IMG/VR virus record: IMGVR_UViG_3300025634_000002
Span: 6,973 to 70,972 of that record
Source of the DNA: a virus
Length of the DNA stretch: 64,000 nt
Reading direction: 5' to 3' (one strand)
This document shows, piece by piece, positions 54,138 to 64,000 of this stretch; the stretch's first letter is position 1, and the number at the start of each line of letters is the position of its first letter. The position numbers and the translations under genes are program-made. The notes under the pieces are model-generated. The model saw only the letters and a program-made list of their open reading frames with translations. It was not told the DNA's origin and did not search any database.

Positions 54138-55574
54138 CTAAGTCAGGGTGACCTGAATGTCGGCCGCGTTGATTGTCGGCGTCTGGTTGATGCGCACGGA
54201 CACGTCGAACAGATTTGCGACAGCCGCCTGCATCAGTTCCGAACCCACGGGGGTGGGATGCGCGTTGGAAATCACGTAAGTGCCGGTGCTGCCCGCAGAC
54301 CCGCTGGACTGCGACAGGATTGTGGTGCCGACGATCAAGTCACCGGTCACGTCGGAAATCGTCTGGCCGACAGCGAGGGCCCCTGCCGAGATCGCACTGA
54401 CGGTAAGAACGTTCCCAGCTACCGAGCCCGTGAACGAAGCTCCTGCGGTGTTGGTCGAACCGACCTCTATCGAGATGATCTGGACCCATGACCCTACGGC
54501 CGCGATAGGCGCATAGAACCGGCTCGCATACAGTGGAACGCCGATCTTGGCGCGCGGACCACCGTCGCCACCCGCAAAGGCCGCTATGATGGCGTTCTGG
54601 ATCAGGACATTCGCATTCGATGGGACCTGCGGGCCATTTGCGATGTTGACCGCGAACAGGATCGGCAGGGCCGGGGGGATTTCGAACTGGACCGTGTAGG
54701 TCGGGTATGGCGGCACATAGCCCGGGCTGGTGTCCTGCACCGTGACGGAGGTGTTGCCGTTGTAAGCGCATCCCGGAGCTTTGTGCGACCAGATTGCCTG
54801 AGCCACGGCTTGTGCTTCGCCGCCGACGACTGCGACATAGACCGAGTTCGGGTTGAGCGACACACCGCCGATCGTCGCCGGGCTGTTGCTGTCGTTTTCG
54901 GTAACGTAGGCGTCGATGACGTCGGGCACCGACAGGACCGCGCCGAGGATGGACCCAAGCGATCCGAGCGAGTTCGCGGCTACCGATGCGATGCGTCGAG
55001 CTTCGAAAGCAGAGCGGCTTTCGGTGTTGTTGCCGATCACCCCGTCCGACGGGTTGGTGATTGAGTCCCACCCCGGGATGGCCTGATAAATTTGGCTGAG
55101 GGTGCCTTCCGGGCACGCAATTGGGCCCGGGACCAGGCAAGCGAAAGTAAGTGTGATACTCCCACCGATGGGGATCGTCCCTGCCTCGGTGCAAGTATAA
55201 CGATTACCATCAGCCGCAATAGCGATGGCGCCGACCGGGATGACTACACCCAAGAGGCCGGAGCACAATGCCTGCACGACTGTCGGCTGGGCCGGGTTGC
55301 GCTCGAGGAAGTAGATGCGCGCCAAGGCGTCCTGATACCGTCCCGAAGCGAAGGCCGGATCGAACTGGTTCGCGAGGAACAGGAACTCGGCATTGACCTC
55401 GTCGATGACCGCGGCTTCGCTAGTCGCGAGCTGACCCTGAGGGGTATTTAGCGCCGGGTTGAGATCGCCTCCGAAGGCAGCGTTCAGGTCTTCCTGCACG
55501 CCTGCCAGGACGGCCGCTGTCGACGGAATGGAGACCCCCGTGGGGCCGATTACAACGGGAGGAACTGAAGTCAT
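54138..55574 (-). CDS. baseplate J/gp47-like wedge protein
   Basis: TPQGQLA, DP.FASGRYQDAL, GWDSITN, S.YVAVVGG, IW.HK.PG. Confidence 0.85.
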   Translation of the reverse strand: MTSVPPVVIGPTGVSIPSTAAVLAGVQEDLNAAFGGDLNPALNTPQGQLATSEAAVIDEVNAEFLFLANQFDPAFASGRYQDALARIYFLERNPAQPTVVQALCSGLLGVVIPVGAIAIAADGNRYTCTEAGTIPIGGSITLTFACLVPGPIACPEGTLSQIYQAIPGWDSITNPSDGVIGNNTESRSAFEARRIASVAANSLGSLGSILGAVLSVPDVIDAYVTENDSNSPATIGGVSLNPNSVYVAVVGGEAQAVAQAIWSHKAPGCAYNGNTSVTVQDTSPGYVPPYPTYTVQFEIPPALPILFAVNIANGPQVPSNANVLIQNAIIAAFAGGDGGPRAKIGVPLYASRFYAPIAAVGSWVQIISIEVGSTNTAGASFTGSVAGNVLTVSAISAGALAVGQTISDVTGDLIVGTTILSQSSGSAGSTGTYVISNAHPTPVGSELMQAAVANLFDVSVRINQTPTINAADIQVTLT

Positions 55575-55924
55575 TAGAAGCCCGCTGCTGTGACATTGCC
55601 GAGGTCGTCGACCAACTGGACTTGCCCGCTGAGCACCCTACCAGTGAAGGACGTAAAGAAACACTGCGCACTGACAACGTCGGGCACGGTCAGGGCAGCT
55701 TCGACGAAGTAGGTCCGCAGCAACGACAGCGGCGGCAACTGGCCTAGGATTTGACCGAAATAAGGAATGCCCAGAGTCGTGTCGTAATAGACCTCCCCGA
55801 GGAACGTCCTCAGGGCACTCGCTGCGTCCTGGGCCAGCGCGAGCGGAGCCTTGGCAACGGCGATATTGCCCGCAACGTCAACCGTGAGGTCCCAGATCGT
55901 TGGCTCAAGAAGAAGCGTGTCCAC
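55574..55924 (-). CDS. baseplate wedge/sheath initiator-like protein
   Basis: WDLTVD..GNIA, AQD..SA.RTFLGE.YYDTT.GIPY. Confidence 0.75.
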   Translation of the reverse strand: MDTLLLEPTIWDLTVDVAGNIAVAKAPLALAQDAASALRTFLGEVYYDTTLGIPYFGQILGQLPPLSLLRTYFVEAALTVPDVVSAQCFFTSFTGRVLSGQVQLVDDLGNVTAAGF

Positions 55925-55937
55925 CAGTGTCTAGCCC

Positions 55938-56618
55938 TCATGTGCCGGGAGTCGGCGGCGATGGCGAACCGATCGCCGCGGTCGGATGTTCGTGGGTCTG
56001 TAGCCCGACCGAGTCGGCACCACCGGCACCAGCCGTGACCTCGCCGGTGACGTTAAGGTTTCCGTTGACCGTGGCCGTTCCAGACGCAGGGGTAATCGTG
56101 ATCCCGCTGGCCTTCATTTCGATGATGTTGCCGTTCTTGTCGAAGACCTTGAGGCCGGTCGACGTGAACTGCACGGCCTGCGTAGGGTCGGCGGGGTTGA
56201 CGATGCCGCCAAAATAGACCGCGTCCGCTAGGTCATTGCGTCGGTAACTGCCTGGGTTCGATACCGCTCCAGCATTGGCCTTGAGCGCAGAGATGTCTCT
56301 GTCTGAGACGACTAGGAAACCGACATCGCCGGCTACCGGATCAATGATGATGGCGTTAGGACCGCCCTGCAGTCGAAAGACTGGTAGCCCGAAAATCGTG
56401 CCATGCGAACTTTGCTGCCCAATGCCGTCGATCAGATTGACAGCGACCTGCACGTCGACCGTGGGGGGCGCCCCAACACCGCCGCCATGGACGGTCTGCA
56501 CCGTCGCCGGTATTGCAAACCGAGCGCGGCCCAAGGCCTGACGCACGATGAATGCGATAACCGAAAACTCGGAATTGGCATCGAACACATTTTGCTGGCT
56601 GTAAGGAACGTCTGCCAT
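55938..56618 (-). CDS. baseplate central spike
   Basis: VDVQ, LP.FRLQGG, DP..GD.G..V.SDRDIS, C-terminal THEH metal-binding motif. Confidence 0.85.
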   Translation of the reverse strand: MADVPYSQQNVFDANSEFSVIAFIVRQALGRARFAIPATVQTVHGGGVGAPPTVDVQVAVNLIDGIGQQSSHGTIFGLPVFRLQGGPNAIIIDPVAGDVGFLVVSDRDISALKANAGAVSNPGSYRRNDLADAVYFGGIVNPADPTQAVQFTSTGLKVFDKNGNIIEMKASGITITPASGTATVNGNLNVTGEVTAGAGGADSVGLQTHEHPTAAIGSPSPPTPGT

Positions 56619-57478
56619 CAGTGAGTACCGATCGGCACGCCGGTTAGCGTCTGATACCAGTTGCCCCCAGGCTCGATCGATTCCAAATCGTAGTCGATCG
56701 AAATGACTTGCCAGCTCCCGCAGGCTGGTTGCAGCGCGCTCTGGACTTGGATCGATCCGAATATCTTGATCTGCGGGTTGAACAGCGTTCTTAAGATGAT
56801 CTGGTTCTGCGAGAAGATCGGATACGAAACGAGGCCCGTCGCTGGGGAGACGATAGGAGCCTGATCAGTAAGAGGGACACCGCGGGGTGAAATCACAAAC
56901 ACCCCGGCATCGATCGTCGCGTCGATCCCCGCTGCATCGACGATCCTCTGGATTTGGCTCCACGGGCTGCCGTAGAGATATGGGTTTGCCAGCTTCGCGC
57001 TCACGCCGTTATTTTTGAAACCCTTGAGGCCGGTTTGACCCACTAGGTTCTGAATGAGCCCAGCGACGTCGGCCGGACCTTGGATGCTTGTAGCCGGTGC
57101 ATTGTTCACCGACTCAAAAGCTAGTGGCTGGGCCACAAATCGGAAGCACGTTTCGGGCTGCTGTGCAGCGTCCATGTACCCGTTGAAAATGACCCCGCTG
57201 AAGATCAACGACATGCCGCTATCGGCATCGCCGGCCAGGATATCGACGCCGTTTTTGTACCTTGCGGAGAACTGGGAACCGATCGTCACGAGTTGCTGCA
57301 TCATAGAGAGTGGCAGCCCGTAGATTGCGCCAGTGGCTTCTCCTAGAGATGGCTGGCCGGTGACGCGCATCTGCAGCTCAACGCGCAAGTCATCGATCTC
57401 TGCCGCGTTACCGCCGCCCTCAAACTCGCCACTGGCGAGCGAAAGTTGCACCTGTATTTTCTTGGAGGAGAACGCCAC
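56618..57478 (-). CDS. baseplate hub protein
   Basis: IYGL, AGD...G...IF.G, S..TGLV.YP, L.NP.I; position. Confidence 0.75.
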   Translation of the reverse strand: MAFSSKKIQVQLSLASGEFEGGGNAAEIDDLRVELQMRVTGQPSLGEATGAIYGLPLSMMQQLVTIGSQFSARYKNGVDILAGDADSGMSLIFSGVIFNGYMDAAQQPETCFRFVAQPLAFESVNNAPATSIQGPADVAGLIQNLVGQTGLKGFKNNGVSAKLANPYLYGSPWSQIQRIVDAAGIDATIDAGVFVISPRGVPLTDQAPIVSPATGLVSYPIFSQNQIILRTLFNPQIKIFGSIQVQSALQPACGSWQVISIDYDLESIEPGGNWYQTLTGVPIGTH

Positions 57479-57805
57479 CTAGCCCTCATTCGGTAGAAGC
57501 TCGCTGGCCTCGATATAGGCCAGAGTGAACCGTGCATCCGCCGTAGGTCCAAGGCCGGTATAGACTGGGTCTTCACTGCCCTGGTTGTCGATAAACGCCA
57601 AGTCCCCAGAGAACCCGAGGTAGAGCGACCGCACCAAGCGGTTGAGGTTCTCGCAGATCGTCCCGGTGATGACCGCGACATTGTTGACCAGCAAGTCCAA
57701 GTAGAGCGCCGTTCCTTTTTGGTAGACGTTAATCTGACACAGCTGATTGGCGAGCGCGATCGTCACCGCTTGGTTCGGAACCGGCTGCAGGGGGACGATT
57801 AACAA
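57479..57805 (-). CDS. baseplate plug-like protein
   Basis: PL..VPNQ, YLGFSGDL.F.D.QG..DP.Y.GLG. Confidence 0.7.
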   Translation of the reverse strand: MLIVPLQPVPNQAVTIALANQLCQINVYQKGTALYLDLLVNNVAVITGTICENLNRLVRSLYLGFSGDLAFIDNQGSEDPVYTGLGPTADARFTLAYIEASELLPNEG

Positions 57806-57810
57806 GGTGC

Positions 57811-58437
57811 TTACCCATTCGGCGCCGAGGCCGACCCTGTGATGTTGCCGATCTGGACGGTGGCGCTCTTGTTGGGCAGCACCGGCTGCACCGGCCCACC
57901 GTTTACCTGCGGGGACGCGGTGGGATCGATCGGGCTCGAGATGACGTTCACCGGCACGGCCGCGACGGCGCTCTTGACCTGCCGAGCCATGACATCGACC
58001 TGCATCAACCCGACGCCCTTCGCTGCCGTCTGCTGGTAGCGATAGCCCACCAAATTGACGTCGGTGTAAACCGCGTCCTCAGTGACGACATTGTAGAGAT
58101 TAGTGTCTGCAATGACTGCTCTGATCGAGTCCAGAAGTTCCTGACGCTGGATGAGCGATCCGCCTCTGGTGAACCGGATCGTCACGTCGAATGGTTTGTA
58201 GACCTTGTTGAATGACTCGAACTGGCCGCCCTCGAGAGGGTAGTCCACGATCTGGAACTGTTGGTCGAAATCGAAGGATACGACATTGTCCGCCGCGACT
58301 ATCGGTATGACGCCGAAATAAATGCCCCATGGCGCCCGAAGGAACCCAGCGGCAAGAGACACCGCGTCCTGCGTCAGCAGGCCTACAACATCCGGGAAAT
58401 TGAATACCGGAAGCCCGGGGATGCTGAAGCCCGCCAT
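57811..58437 (-). CDS. baseplate/tube initiator protein
   Basis: WGIY, DYPLE.G.F.SFNKV..P, LY.VVT. Confidence 0.7.
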   Translation of the reverse strand: MAGFSIPGLPVFNFPDVVGLLTQDAVSLAAGFLRAPWGIYFGVIPIVAADNVVSFDFDQQFQIVDYPLEGGQFESFNKVYKPFDVTIRFTRGGSLIQRQELLDSIRAVIADTNLYNVVTEDAVYTDVNLVGYRYQQTAAKGVGLMQVDVMARQVKSAVAAVPVNVISSPIDPTASPQVNGGPVQPVLPNKSATVQIGNITGSASAPNG

Positions 58438-59846
58438 CAGTTAGACCCGGAGTTCGCGAGGTTTGCCATCGACGACCGCTTGACGGCAGCCGCGATGTTG
58501 GCCGCAATCTGGGTGGCGTCACCGTTCGGGACGCTGATATTAATCGCGTCGATGTTCACGTTCGTGCTGCCAACCCCTTGGTATCGCGAGACGCCGGCAG
58601 CGGCGGCACCCATGAAGGCGCTCCATCCGTTCGTGCGAACCTGCGCCAAGGCATAATCGATCTGGGCTTGCCACGTCGACGGGTCGCGAGCATCCAGACC
58701 CGTGGCCTTCGTGAACGCATCCCCGAGACCGGCGTTTGGATACTGCTTGGAGACGCCGCCGTAATGGAGCTGATAGTCGCCAAACGAACTGCCCTTATCG
58801 CCGGCATAAGCGTTACCCAAACCTTCGTGCCTAGCGACTAGAACAGCGGTATCTGGATCAATACCAAGCGCGGCGGCCTTCTGGCGGATATAGGCTTCTT
58901 GGTCCGAGACGCTTGCAGTGCCTGTGGTGGCCGCCGACGCCCCAGAGCCGCCCTGCAGGTTCCGCACGACATCGCTGATAAATCCACCAATAGCCGCACC
59001 GACGCCGGCTGGGTTCGCAAGGCCTGCGGCAAGAGACAGGTCCTTGTCAAACCCGGCGTTCTGAAGGGTGTCGACATCGCCTGAAAGGATCGGAGCGACG
59101 TTCTCTCCAAAGATGTTTCCGGCTTGGGTGCTCGCGGTCTGGACCAAGTGCTGAAACTTGGTGTTGAGGTCTTGCGAATTTTGGATCGACTGGGTTGTCG
59201 GGGCAGGCGCCTGCGCCAGCCGTGCCCCAGCATTACCAGACAACAGCAGATTTTCAAGGCCACCAAGACCACCCTGCTCGAGCAGATAAGCAGTCGACTG
59301 GCGGCCGTACTGTTTCTCATAGATCGCGGCGGCGCGAGCGACATCACTCAAATACTGCGACGTCGTTCCAGTAAGATCGGGAGTGACCCCGGACTGCCCG
59401 AACAATCGTAGCAATGTTGGCGGCAGAGATATGGCGTTTGTTCTGAGGCCAACCAGTTGGTCCGAGGCGGCATGAATAGCGCCAGCGGCGCCATCGGCGG
59501 TGTCACCTACAGTCGCCGCGGCATTCTGCCAACGCGCCAGTTCCTGAGCACTGATGCCAAGATTGGCGCTCAGATTCCCCAGAGCGACGTTCGACGACAC
59601 AACGCCCGCTACGAAATCCTTGATCGAATTCGCGCCCAGCAAGACCCCGAAAAACCCGAGTGCCGACTTCGTAATCCGATCGATCGCACTCGAGGCGAAC
59701 TTCGATGAGTCCTCGATGTCCTTGCCAGCGGCCTTCGCCGCGTCGCGCGTCTTGAGGAACGCGGCGGCCGCTTGCTTTGAGCCCTTGTCAAAGTCGCTAG
59801 GGTCAAGGCCCAGCGTGACGATCAAGGAGTCGACAACAGTTGCCAC
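58437..59846 (-). CDS. tape measure protein with C-terminal lysozyme-like domain
   Basis: MATVVDSLIVTLGLD; YIRQ.A..LGIDP..A..VARHEG...SSFG.YQL. Confidence 0.8.
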   Translation of the reverse strand: MATVVDSLIVTLGLDPSDFDKGSKQAAAAFLKTRDAAKAAGKDIEDSSKFASSAIDRITKSALGFFGVLLGANSIKDFVAGVVSSNVALGNLSANLGISAQELARWQNAAATVGDTADGAAGAIHAASDQLVGLRTNAISLPPTLLRLFGQSGVTPDLTGTTSQYLSDVARAAAIYEKQYGRQSTAYLLEQGGLGGLENLLLSGNAGARLAQAPAPTTQSIQNSQDLNTKFQHLVQTASTQAGNIFGENVAPILSGDVDTLQNAGFDKDLSLAAGLANPAGVGAAIGGFISDVVRNLQGGSGASAATTGTASVSDQEAYIRQKAAALGIDPDTAVLVARHEGLGNAYAGDKGSSFGDYQLHYGGVSKQYPNAGLGDAFTKATGLDARDPSTWQAQIDYALAQVRTNGWSAFMGAAAAGVSRYQGVGSTNVNIDAINISVPNGDATQIAANIAAAVKRSSMANLANSGSN

Positions 59847-60071
59847 TTAGGTCTCCTTGGGGGCCATCAGACGGCGGTTGTGGCCATCGACGGCGATCAT
59901 TTCGAGGAGATCGAAAACGTCCTCGACACTCAGTTTTTCGGAGCAGTCTGCCCAGGATGCTTTGCCGGCCGAGACCACCCCGGCGACTGTTCTGGGGAGA
60001 TTGGGATAGTCGAGGAGCTCGACGTCTGCTCGTCCGATGTCGACTTCAACGGGGCGTCGTTCTCGAAAAAA
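59847..60071 (-). CDS. -1 frameshift extension of tail assembly chaperone
   Basis: Start-less open frame DYPNLPRTVAGVVS...LSVEDVFDLLEMIAVDGHN entered at T TTT TTC. Confidence 0.65.
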   Translation of the reverse strand, partial: FFRERRPVEVDIGRADVELLDYPNLPRTVAGVVSAGKASWADCSEKLSVEDVFDLLEMIAVDGHNRRLMAPKET

Positions 60072-60448
60072 TCTATGTGAAGTTTCAGCGCCTCCCCGCG
60101 CAATAGGAAGAACGTGCCGATTTCCTCGATGTCGTCTGCGGTGCGTTTGCGAATTACGCTGGGCTCGACCACTTCAACGCAGTTCATCAACTCGTCGAGC
60201 AGTGGAACTGCCTTCTGCTCGTCGCCAAGATAGAGCAGTGGCATACCCGCGCTGATCAGGGCTTGAACGGACGCCATACCGCCAGTCACGACCTCTTGTG
60301 GCAGCGTCACGCCCATCTTGGCGAGGATGAACAGCAGTCGCGTTGCCCAACGCTCTGCCTGGAGCGCCGGCATTTCGGTGATGCGGAACGTCTTGTCCTT
60401 ATCTCGACCTTCGGCCGAGATGGTGATTTCGACTGTTTTGCGCGCCAT
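59930..60448 (-). CDS. tail assembly chaperone
   Basis: MARK, GRD..K.F.ITEM.A.QAE.WA, DIEE..T...LR..A.KLHIDF. Confidence 0.8.
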   Translation of the reverse strand: MARKTVEITISAEGRDKDKTFRITEMPALQAERWATRLLFILAKMGVTLPQEVVTGGMASVQALISAGMPLLYLGDEQKAVPLLDELMNCVEVVEPSVIRKRTADDIEEIGTFFLLRGEALKLHIDFFENDAPLKSTSDEQTSSSSTIPISPEQSPGWSRPAKHPGQTAPKN

Positions 60449-60879
60449 TAGATCGGCACCGCCAGCACGGATTCCCACGTGATCGAGTATTTCCGAGGCT
60501 TGATCAACTTACCGACCGATGGGACTGGAGGATAGTCGGTCAGGAATCCTTTGGTCGATCGGTAGGCACGTCCCAGCGCCTTGAGGGCAGTGTAACCGTT
60601 CGCCGTCAGCGAGTCCCGGTTCTGCCGCTGGATCGCGGCCCATTGCTCGAAAATCGCGTTGGAAGCCGAGTCGGACTGTAGAGTGATGTTCTGCTTGACG
60701 GCGACCAAGACGAAGCCGCCCGACAGGATACCATCGACTCCCATCAGGGTCTCGGTGATCACCTGCTGGTCGACATCGTAAATGTCATCCGCGGCGAAGC
60801 CCTGCAGCTGCTGGGGCGAAGAAAACAGCCCGGGGATTGTGAGGGTGATGAGCGCCGTTGCGCCGGTGAGGCTGGCCAT
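60448..60879 (-). CDS. tail tube protein
   Basis: LQGFAADD, MGVDG.LSGG, ITLQ.DS.S..F, ITWE; follows sheath. Confidence 0.8.
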   Translation of the reverse strand: MASLTGATALITLTIPGLFSSPQQLQGFAADDIYDVDQQVITETLMGVDGILSGGFVLVAVKQNITLQSDSASNAIFEQWAAIQRQNRDSLTANGYTALKALGRAYRSTKGFLTDYPPVPSVGKLIKPRKYSITWESVLAVPI

Positions 60880-60891
60880 GATGGGTGTCCC

Positions 60892-62835
60892 TTACTGAAT
60901 TTCGATGGACGAGAGGACGATGGCCTGGACGGCTTGACCGTCAGTGTACCAGAGATTGATCTCGGGGCTCTGGCGCGCCTGTCGCACACTGGGCGATGCA
61001 TCGAGCACCTGCAGATACCAGCCCTGATTCTGGATCACGTCGTTGACCTTGGTCCCGGCCGCCGCGTTGACTTCGGCAATCTGTGCGGCAGACAGTGTCA
61101 CGCCAGCCCGGATCACACCGGCATTGAGCGCGGCATTGATCGGATCGTCGCAGGCTGCTTTGATCAGTTCGTAGCCGTTCTGATTGTATGGAACGGAGTT
61201 CGTGTTGACCAGCAGTTCCATCAGCGCGAGCTGGAGAGCGTTGTTCAGCCAAATCTGGTCGACATAGCTGTCGAGCCATTCGAATGGACCCGAGACCGAG
61301 CCGGGCTGGAATTCCAAGAACTGCTGCGCCGCCGTCGCGTAGGCGCCGTAGAAATTGTAGCCGTTGGCGATGAGGTTAGCCGCCGAAGTTTCATCGGTGA
61401 CACTTGCGACCAGGCCGGTCTGACCCTTGAAGGCAGTCGTGATGCGCCCGTTGGTGGCCTCATAATCAATCGAGGCGATCATGCCGCAGACGAAGGCTGC
61501 AAGGTGCTGGTTGCCAACCTCATAGACCGGAGCGGTGCCGCTCGAGTCCGCGGCCTTGAGGATATTGCCGAGGCTCGTAGTGGCGTTGTCGCTCTCGGTT
61601 GGGGTGACGTCGTGGTCCCATGCCACATAGAGCCAGCGATCGTTCTGGCCGTTGACCCACGACGCGAAAGCCTGCTTCTGAACATTGCCGACGCCGCCAT
61701 CGGGATCGAACTGGGTCATGAAGCTTGCCCAGTTCTGCGTGATGCCGGCGATTGCCGTCATGAAGGCCGCGGGCGACGCCGCCGCAGCACCCTGGGAGAG
61801 AACCGCGCCAGTCGCCTGGGTAAGGAACAGCGAGGCTGCCGCCGAGCCCGTAGCGAACGCCACCGTCGACGCCGGGCCGGCAATGCCCGACGTAATATCG
61901 AAACCGCCGGAGATCGAGTCATAAGCCACGCCGATTGCGGTGCCCGACGCGGTGATTGTGGTCGAGCTCGCCGTCTGGCTGGTCTGGACGTAATAGGTCC
62001 CGGTGAGGCCGGTGCCGGAGTCAAGGCCGGTGATCTGCGTGCCAGACGTGACGCCGGAGCCCGAAAGGGTCTGGCCAACTGACACGGTGCCCGAGCCAAC
62101 CGCGGTGACGGTCAGCAGGCCATACGTGGTGCTCACAGTCGTGCTTGGGGTCACCTGTGCGATGGAGACCGCATAGGTGCCGATCCCGCCCGGGGTGCCG
62201 CTCAGCTGCGATGTAATTTCAGTGCCAGCCGAAACGCCGGTGCCGGACAGAACCGAACCGGGCACGAGGACGCCCGACCCAACTGCCGTCACATACATGA
62301 CGTTGCCGGCGATTGAGGCGGTGACGGAGGCACTCTCCGCCGCAATTGAGCCGGTTACGGACGCCTCGGTGGGCTCGCTCGCATTCAGCTGGGTCTGAAG
62401 CAGCGCCGCGGCCGACGAGAAGCTGGTTGCAGCGGACAGATCAATCGAGGCCGCCGTGTGATCGTAGCCGTCCATCGTGACGGTCAGGGAACCGGTCAGG
62501 GCTTTCAGTTCAGCGAGAGTGAGACCACTGGCTTTCCCGCCACGGAGATAAGCCGCCGCAGCCGCCGAGTTGTATTGCGCGAACAGGATGGCCGACGGCT
62601 TCTTGGTCGAGTTGTCGAAGCCAGCGAAATAGACCTGAGCCGTCGCGACCTCAGGGGCCGCGGGCCCGAAGAAATTAGCCACTGACACGCCGTCATTTGG
62701 GAATGACAACACCTGTCCGATGGGGACGCGAGTGCTCTGCGTCAACACCATGCCGAGCAGGGCCAGCGCCGTGCCGCCAGCACTCAGCACAGAGGGGTTC
62801 ACCGCAACAAGTGCGCTCGCGGGTATAGTGGTCAT
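60892..62835 (-). CDS. tail sheath protein (DUF3383)
   Basis: IPAS.LV.VNP.VL, YF.GFDNS, QNW.SF, NGYNFYG.YA, W.DSY..QIWL, WYTDG. Confidence 0.9.
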   Translation of the reverse strand: MTTIPASALVAVNPSVLSAGGTALALLGMVLTQSTRVPIGQVLSFPNDGVSVANFFGPAAPEVATAQVYFAGFDNSTKKPSAILFAQYNSAAAAAYLRGGKASGLTLAELKALTGSLTVTMDGYDHTAASIDLSAATSFSSAAALLQTQLNASEPTEASVTGSIAAESASVTASIAGNVMYVTAVGSGVLVPGSVLSGTGVSAGTEITSQLSGTPGGIGTYAVSIAQVTPSTTVSTTYGLLTVTAVGSGTVSVGQTLSGSGVTSGTQITGLDSGTGLTGTYYVQTSQTASSTTITASGTAIGVAYDSISGGFDITSGIAGPASTVAFATGSAAASLFLTQATGAVLSQGAAAASPAAFMTAIAGITQNWASFMTQFDPDGGVGNVQKQAFASWVNGQNDRWLYVAWDHDVTPTESDNATTSLGNILKAADSSGTAPVYEVGNQHLAAFVCGMIASIDYEATNGRITTAFKGQTGLVASVTDETSAANLIANGYNFYGAYATAAQQFLEFQPGSVSGPFEWLDSYVDQIWLNNALQLALMELLVNTNSVPYNQNGYELIKAACDDPINAALNAGVIRAGVTLSAAQIAEVNAAAGTKVNDVIQNQGWYLQVLDASPSVRQARQSPEINLWYTDGQAVQAIVLSSIEIQ

Positions 62836-62859
62836 GGAGTAATTCCTTCCAAGGGGGTC

Positions 62860-63576
62860 TTAGGCCGGATAGGCCACGTCCACGTCGATGATGCCGATGT
62901 CGAGCACGTCAGCGAACTGCTGGGGCAAATCGGAAACTTGTTCGTTCACCTGCATGATCGCGTCCACGGTCCAGCGGTTCTCTGTTTGCTGCTCGCCGTT
63001 ACGCCACGCCAACTGCCGAGGCTCGCTGGTGTAGAGCGGCGCCACGCCATAAGGCGCAAGATAATCGACCCCATAGGCGTCGCGCCATAGGGTAGTGAAC
63101 TTCTGCGCCATGTCGGCCGACAGGTTCAGGTCCATGCTGTGGAAGTCACACTGGATCGTCAATCTAGTCGGTTGCAGGATCGTCTCGGTGCCACTGGCGA
63201 TAGCTTCGGAGCCGATGGTTTGAGACGCGCTCACTGTGTAGGTGCCGACGCCACCCATTCCAGATCCGAGAGCGGTGATTGTGGTTCCCGTTGCGATCCC
63301 TGCCCCGAAGAGCGTCTGGCCAATGGCAATCGTCCCGAACGCGATCGAGGTGACGGTGATGACCGTTCCCGCGATTGATCCGACAAACGATACGTCCGCG
63401 AAGGAGTCGGTGTTGGTCTCGAGCCGCTCCCTGAGGATCGGTGTCGTCACCACGAAGTTGGGGCTTTTTGGCTCCGGGGTTCGATTGTTCTGACCTGCGA
63501 CAACCTCCAACGGCGACACGTTGGAGAGGATCGCCAGCAGGAAGTTACGCAGCCCCGTCTGGACGTCGGACTGCAT
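62860..63576 (-). CDS. neck/tail terminator protein
   Basis: GQ.NR.PEP, RL.TN, Q.D.H, TLWRD, PLY..EP.Q...NGEQQ.E.RW. Confidence 0.75.
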   Translation of the reverse strand: MQSDVQTGLRNFLLAILSNVSPLEVVAGQNNRTPEPKSPNFVVTTPILRERLETNTDSFADVSFVGSIAGTVITVTSIAFGTIAIGQTLFGAGIATGTTITALGSGMGGVGTYTVSASQTIGSEAIASGTETILQPTRLTIQCDFHSMDLNLSADMAQKFTTLWRDAYGVDYLAPYGVAPLYTSEPRQLAWRNGEQQTENRWTVDAIMQVNEQVSDLPQQFADVLDIGIIDVDVAYPA

Positions 63577-63905
63577 CAGAAGGTCTCAAGGTTCGCATTG
63601 TTGGCAGCGAGGACGAAAGCCCCATCCTGGACCGCGTAAGGGATGCCTGTGCCCTCGGAGTGAATCGACCAATCGACCTGTCCGGGGTCAATCCCGCGAG
63701 TGTCCCATTCTGCTGTCCACGCCACCGCAGGCGAGACCGGCGCCGTCATTTCAATGCTCACGGTCTGTTCTGCGCCGCCCTGCTGAAAATCAAGATGCAC
63801 CGATGCACCGGAGGGCTGTGTCACCGCTCCGTTTTTGTCGTAGAACGTCGAGGCAAAATAGGCCGTCGCCCCGCGAAACACCGTGACCAGATTGCCGGGG
63901 ATCAT
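63576..63905 (-). CDS. Ig-like/beta-rich virion-associated protein
   Basis: 109 aa coupled ORF in the neck region. Confidence 0.5.
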   Translation of the reverse strand: MIPGNLVTVFRGATAYFASTFYDKNGAVTQPSGASVHLDFQQGGAEQTVSIEMTAPVSPAVAWTAEWDTRGIDPGQVDWSIHSEGTGIPYAVQDGAFVLAANNANLETF

Positions 63906-64000
63906 GAGAAGCCAACCGATGTGTCGATGCTTGGACCAGTGACCGCGGTATCCACATCCAGCGTCGAAACTGCCGTCTGGGCGCTGGGGCTCGTCACGTC

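Overview
The window is almost all of a roughly 62-63% GC (estimated by eye) contractile-tailed (myovirus) phage genome. The host is probably an alphaproteobacterium, judged from the initiator tRNA sequence and TTGAC-N17/18-CTATAT promoters. Gene order is circularly permuted: head genes run off the left edge and neck/tail genes enter from the right edge. The minus strand carries terminase, a DUF1073-type portal, MuF, a DUF2213 protease/scaffold, decoration protein and DUF2184-type capsid; replication, methyltransferase and nin-like genes; and the sheath, tube, tape measure, baseplate, fibre and lysis genes. The plus strand carries an early-gene island inside the head module, a RecT recombination operon, and an RNA cluster (3 tRNAs, a circularly permuted tRNA-like RNA, RtcB, a Pol-beta nucleotidyltransferase). 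No integrase, CI repressor or CRISPR array was seen. Most notable observations: (1) a permuted, YrlA-like tRNA mimic transcribed upstream of rtcB; (2) zeta-kinase and NUDIX cargo domains fused to portal and protease and bounded by a shared A-x-D motif; (3) a dual-frame C5 methyltransferase with two overprinted endonucleases flanked by sub-functionalised duplications; (4) a replication initiator lacking an obvious DNA-binding domain, downstream of a long structured RNA with a short antisense RNA; (5) tail-fibre proteins with Sec-type signal peptides; (6) one beta-rich module inserted in four different virion proteins. All family assignments come from motif recognition by eye, not from database searches.
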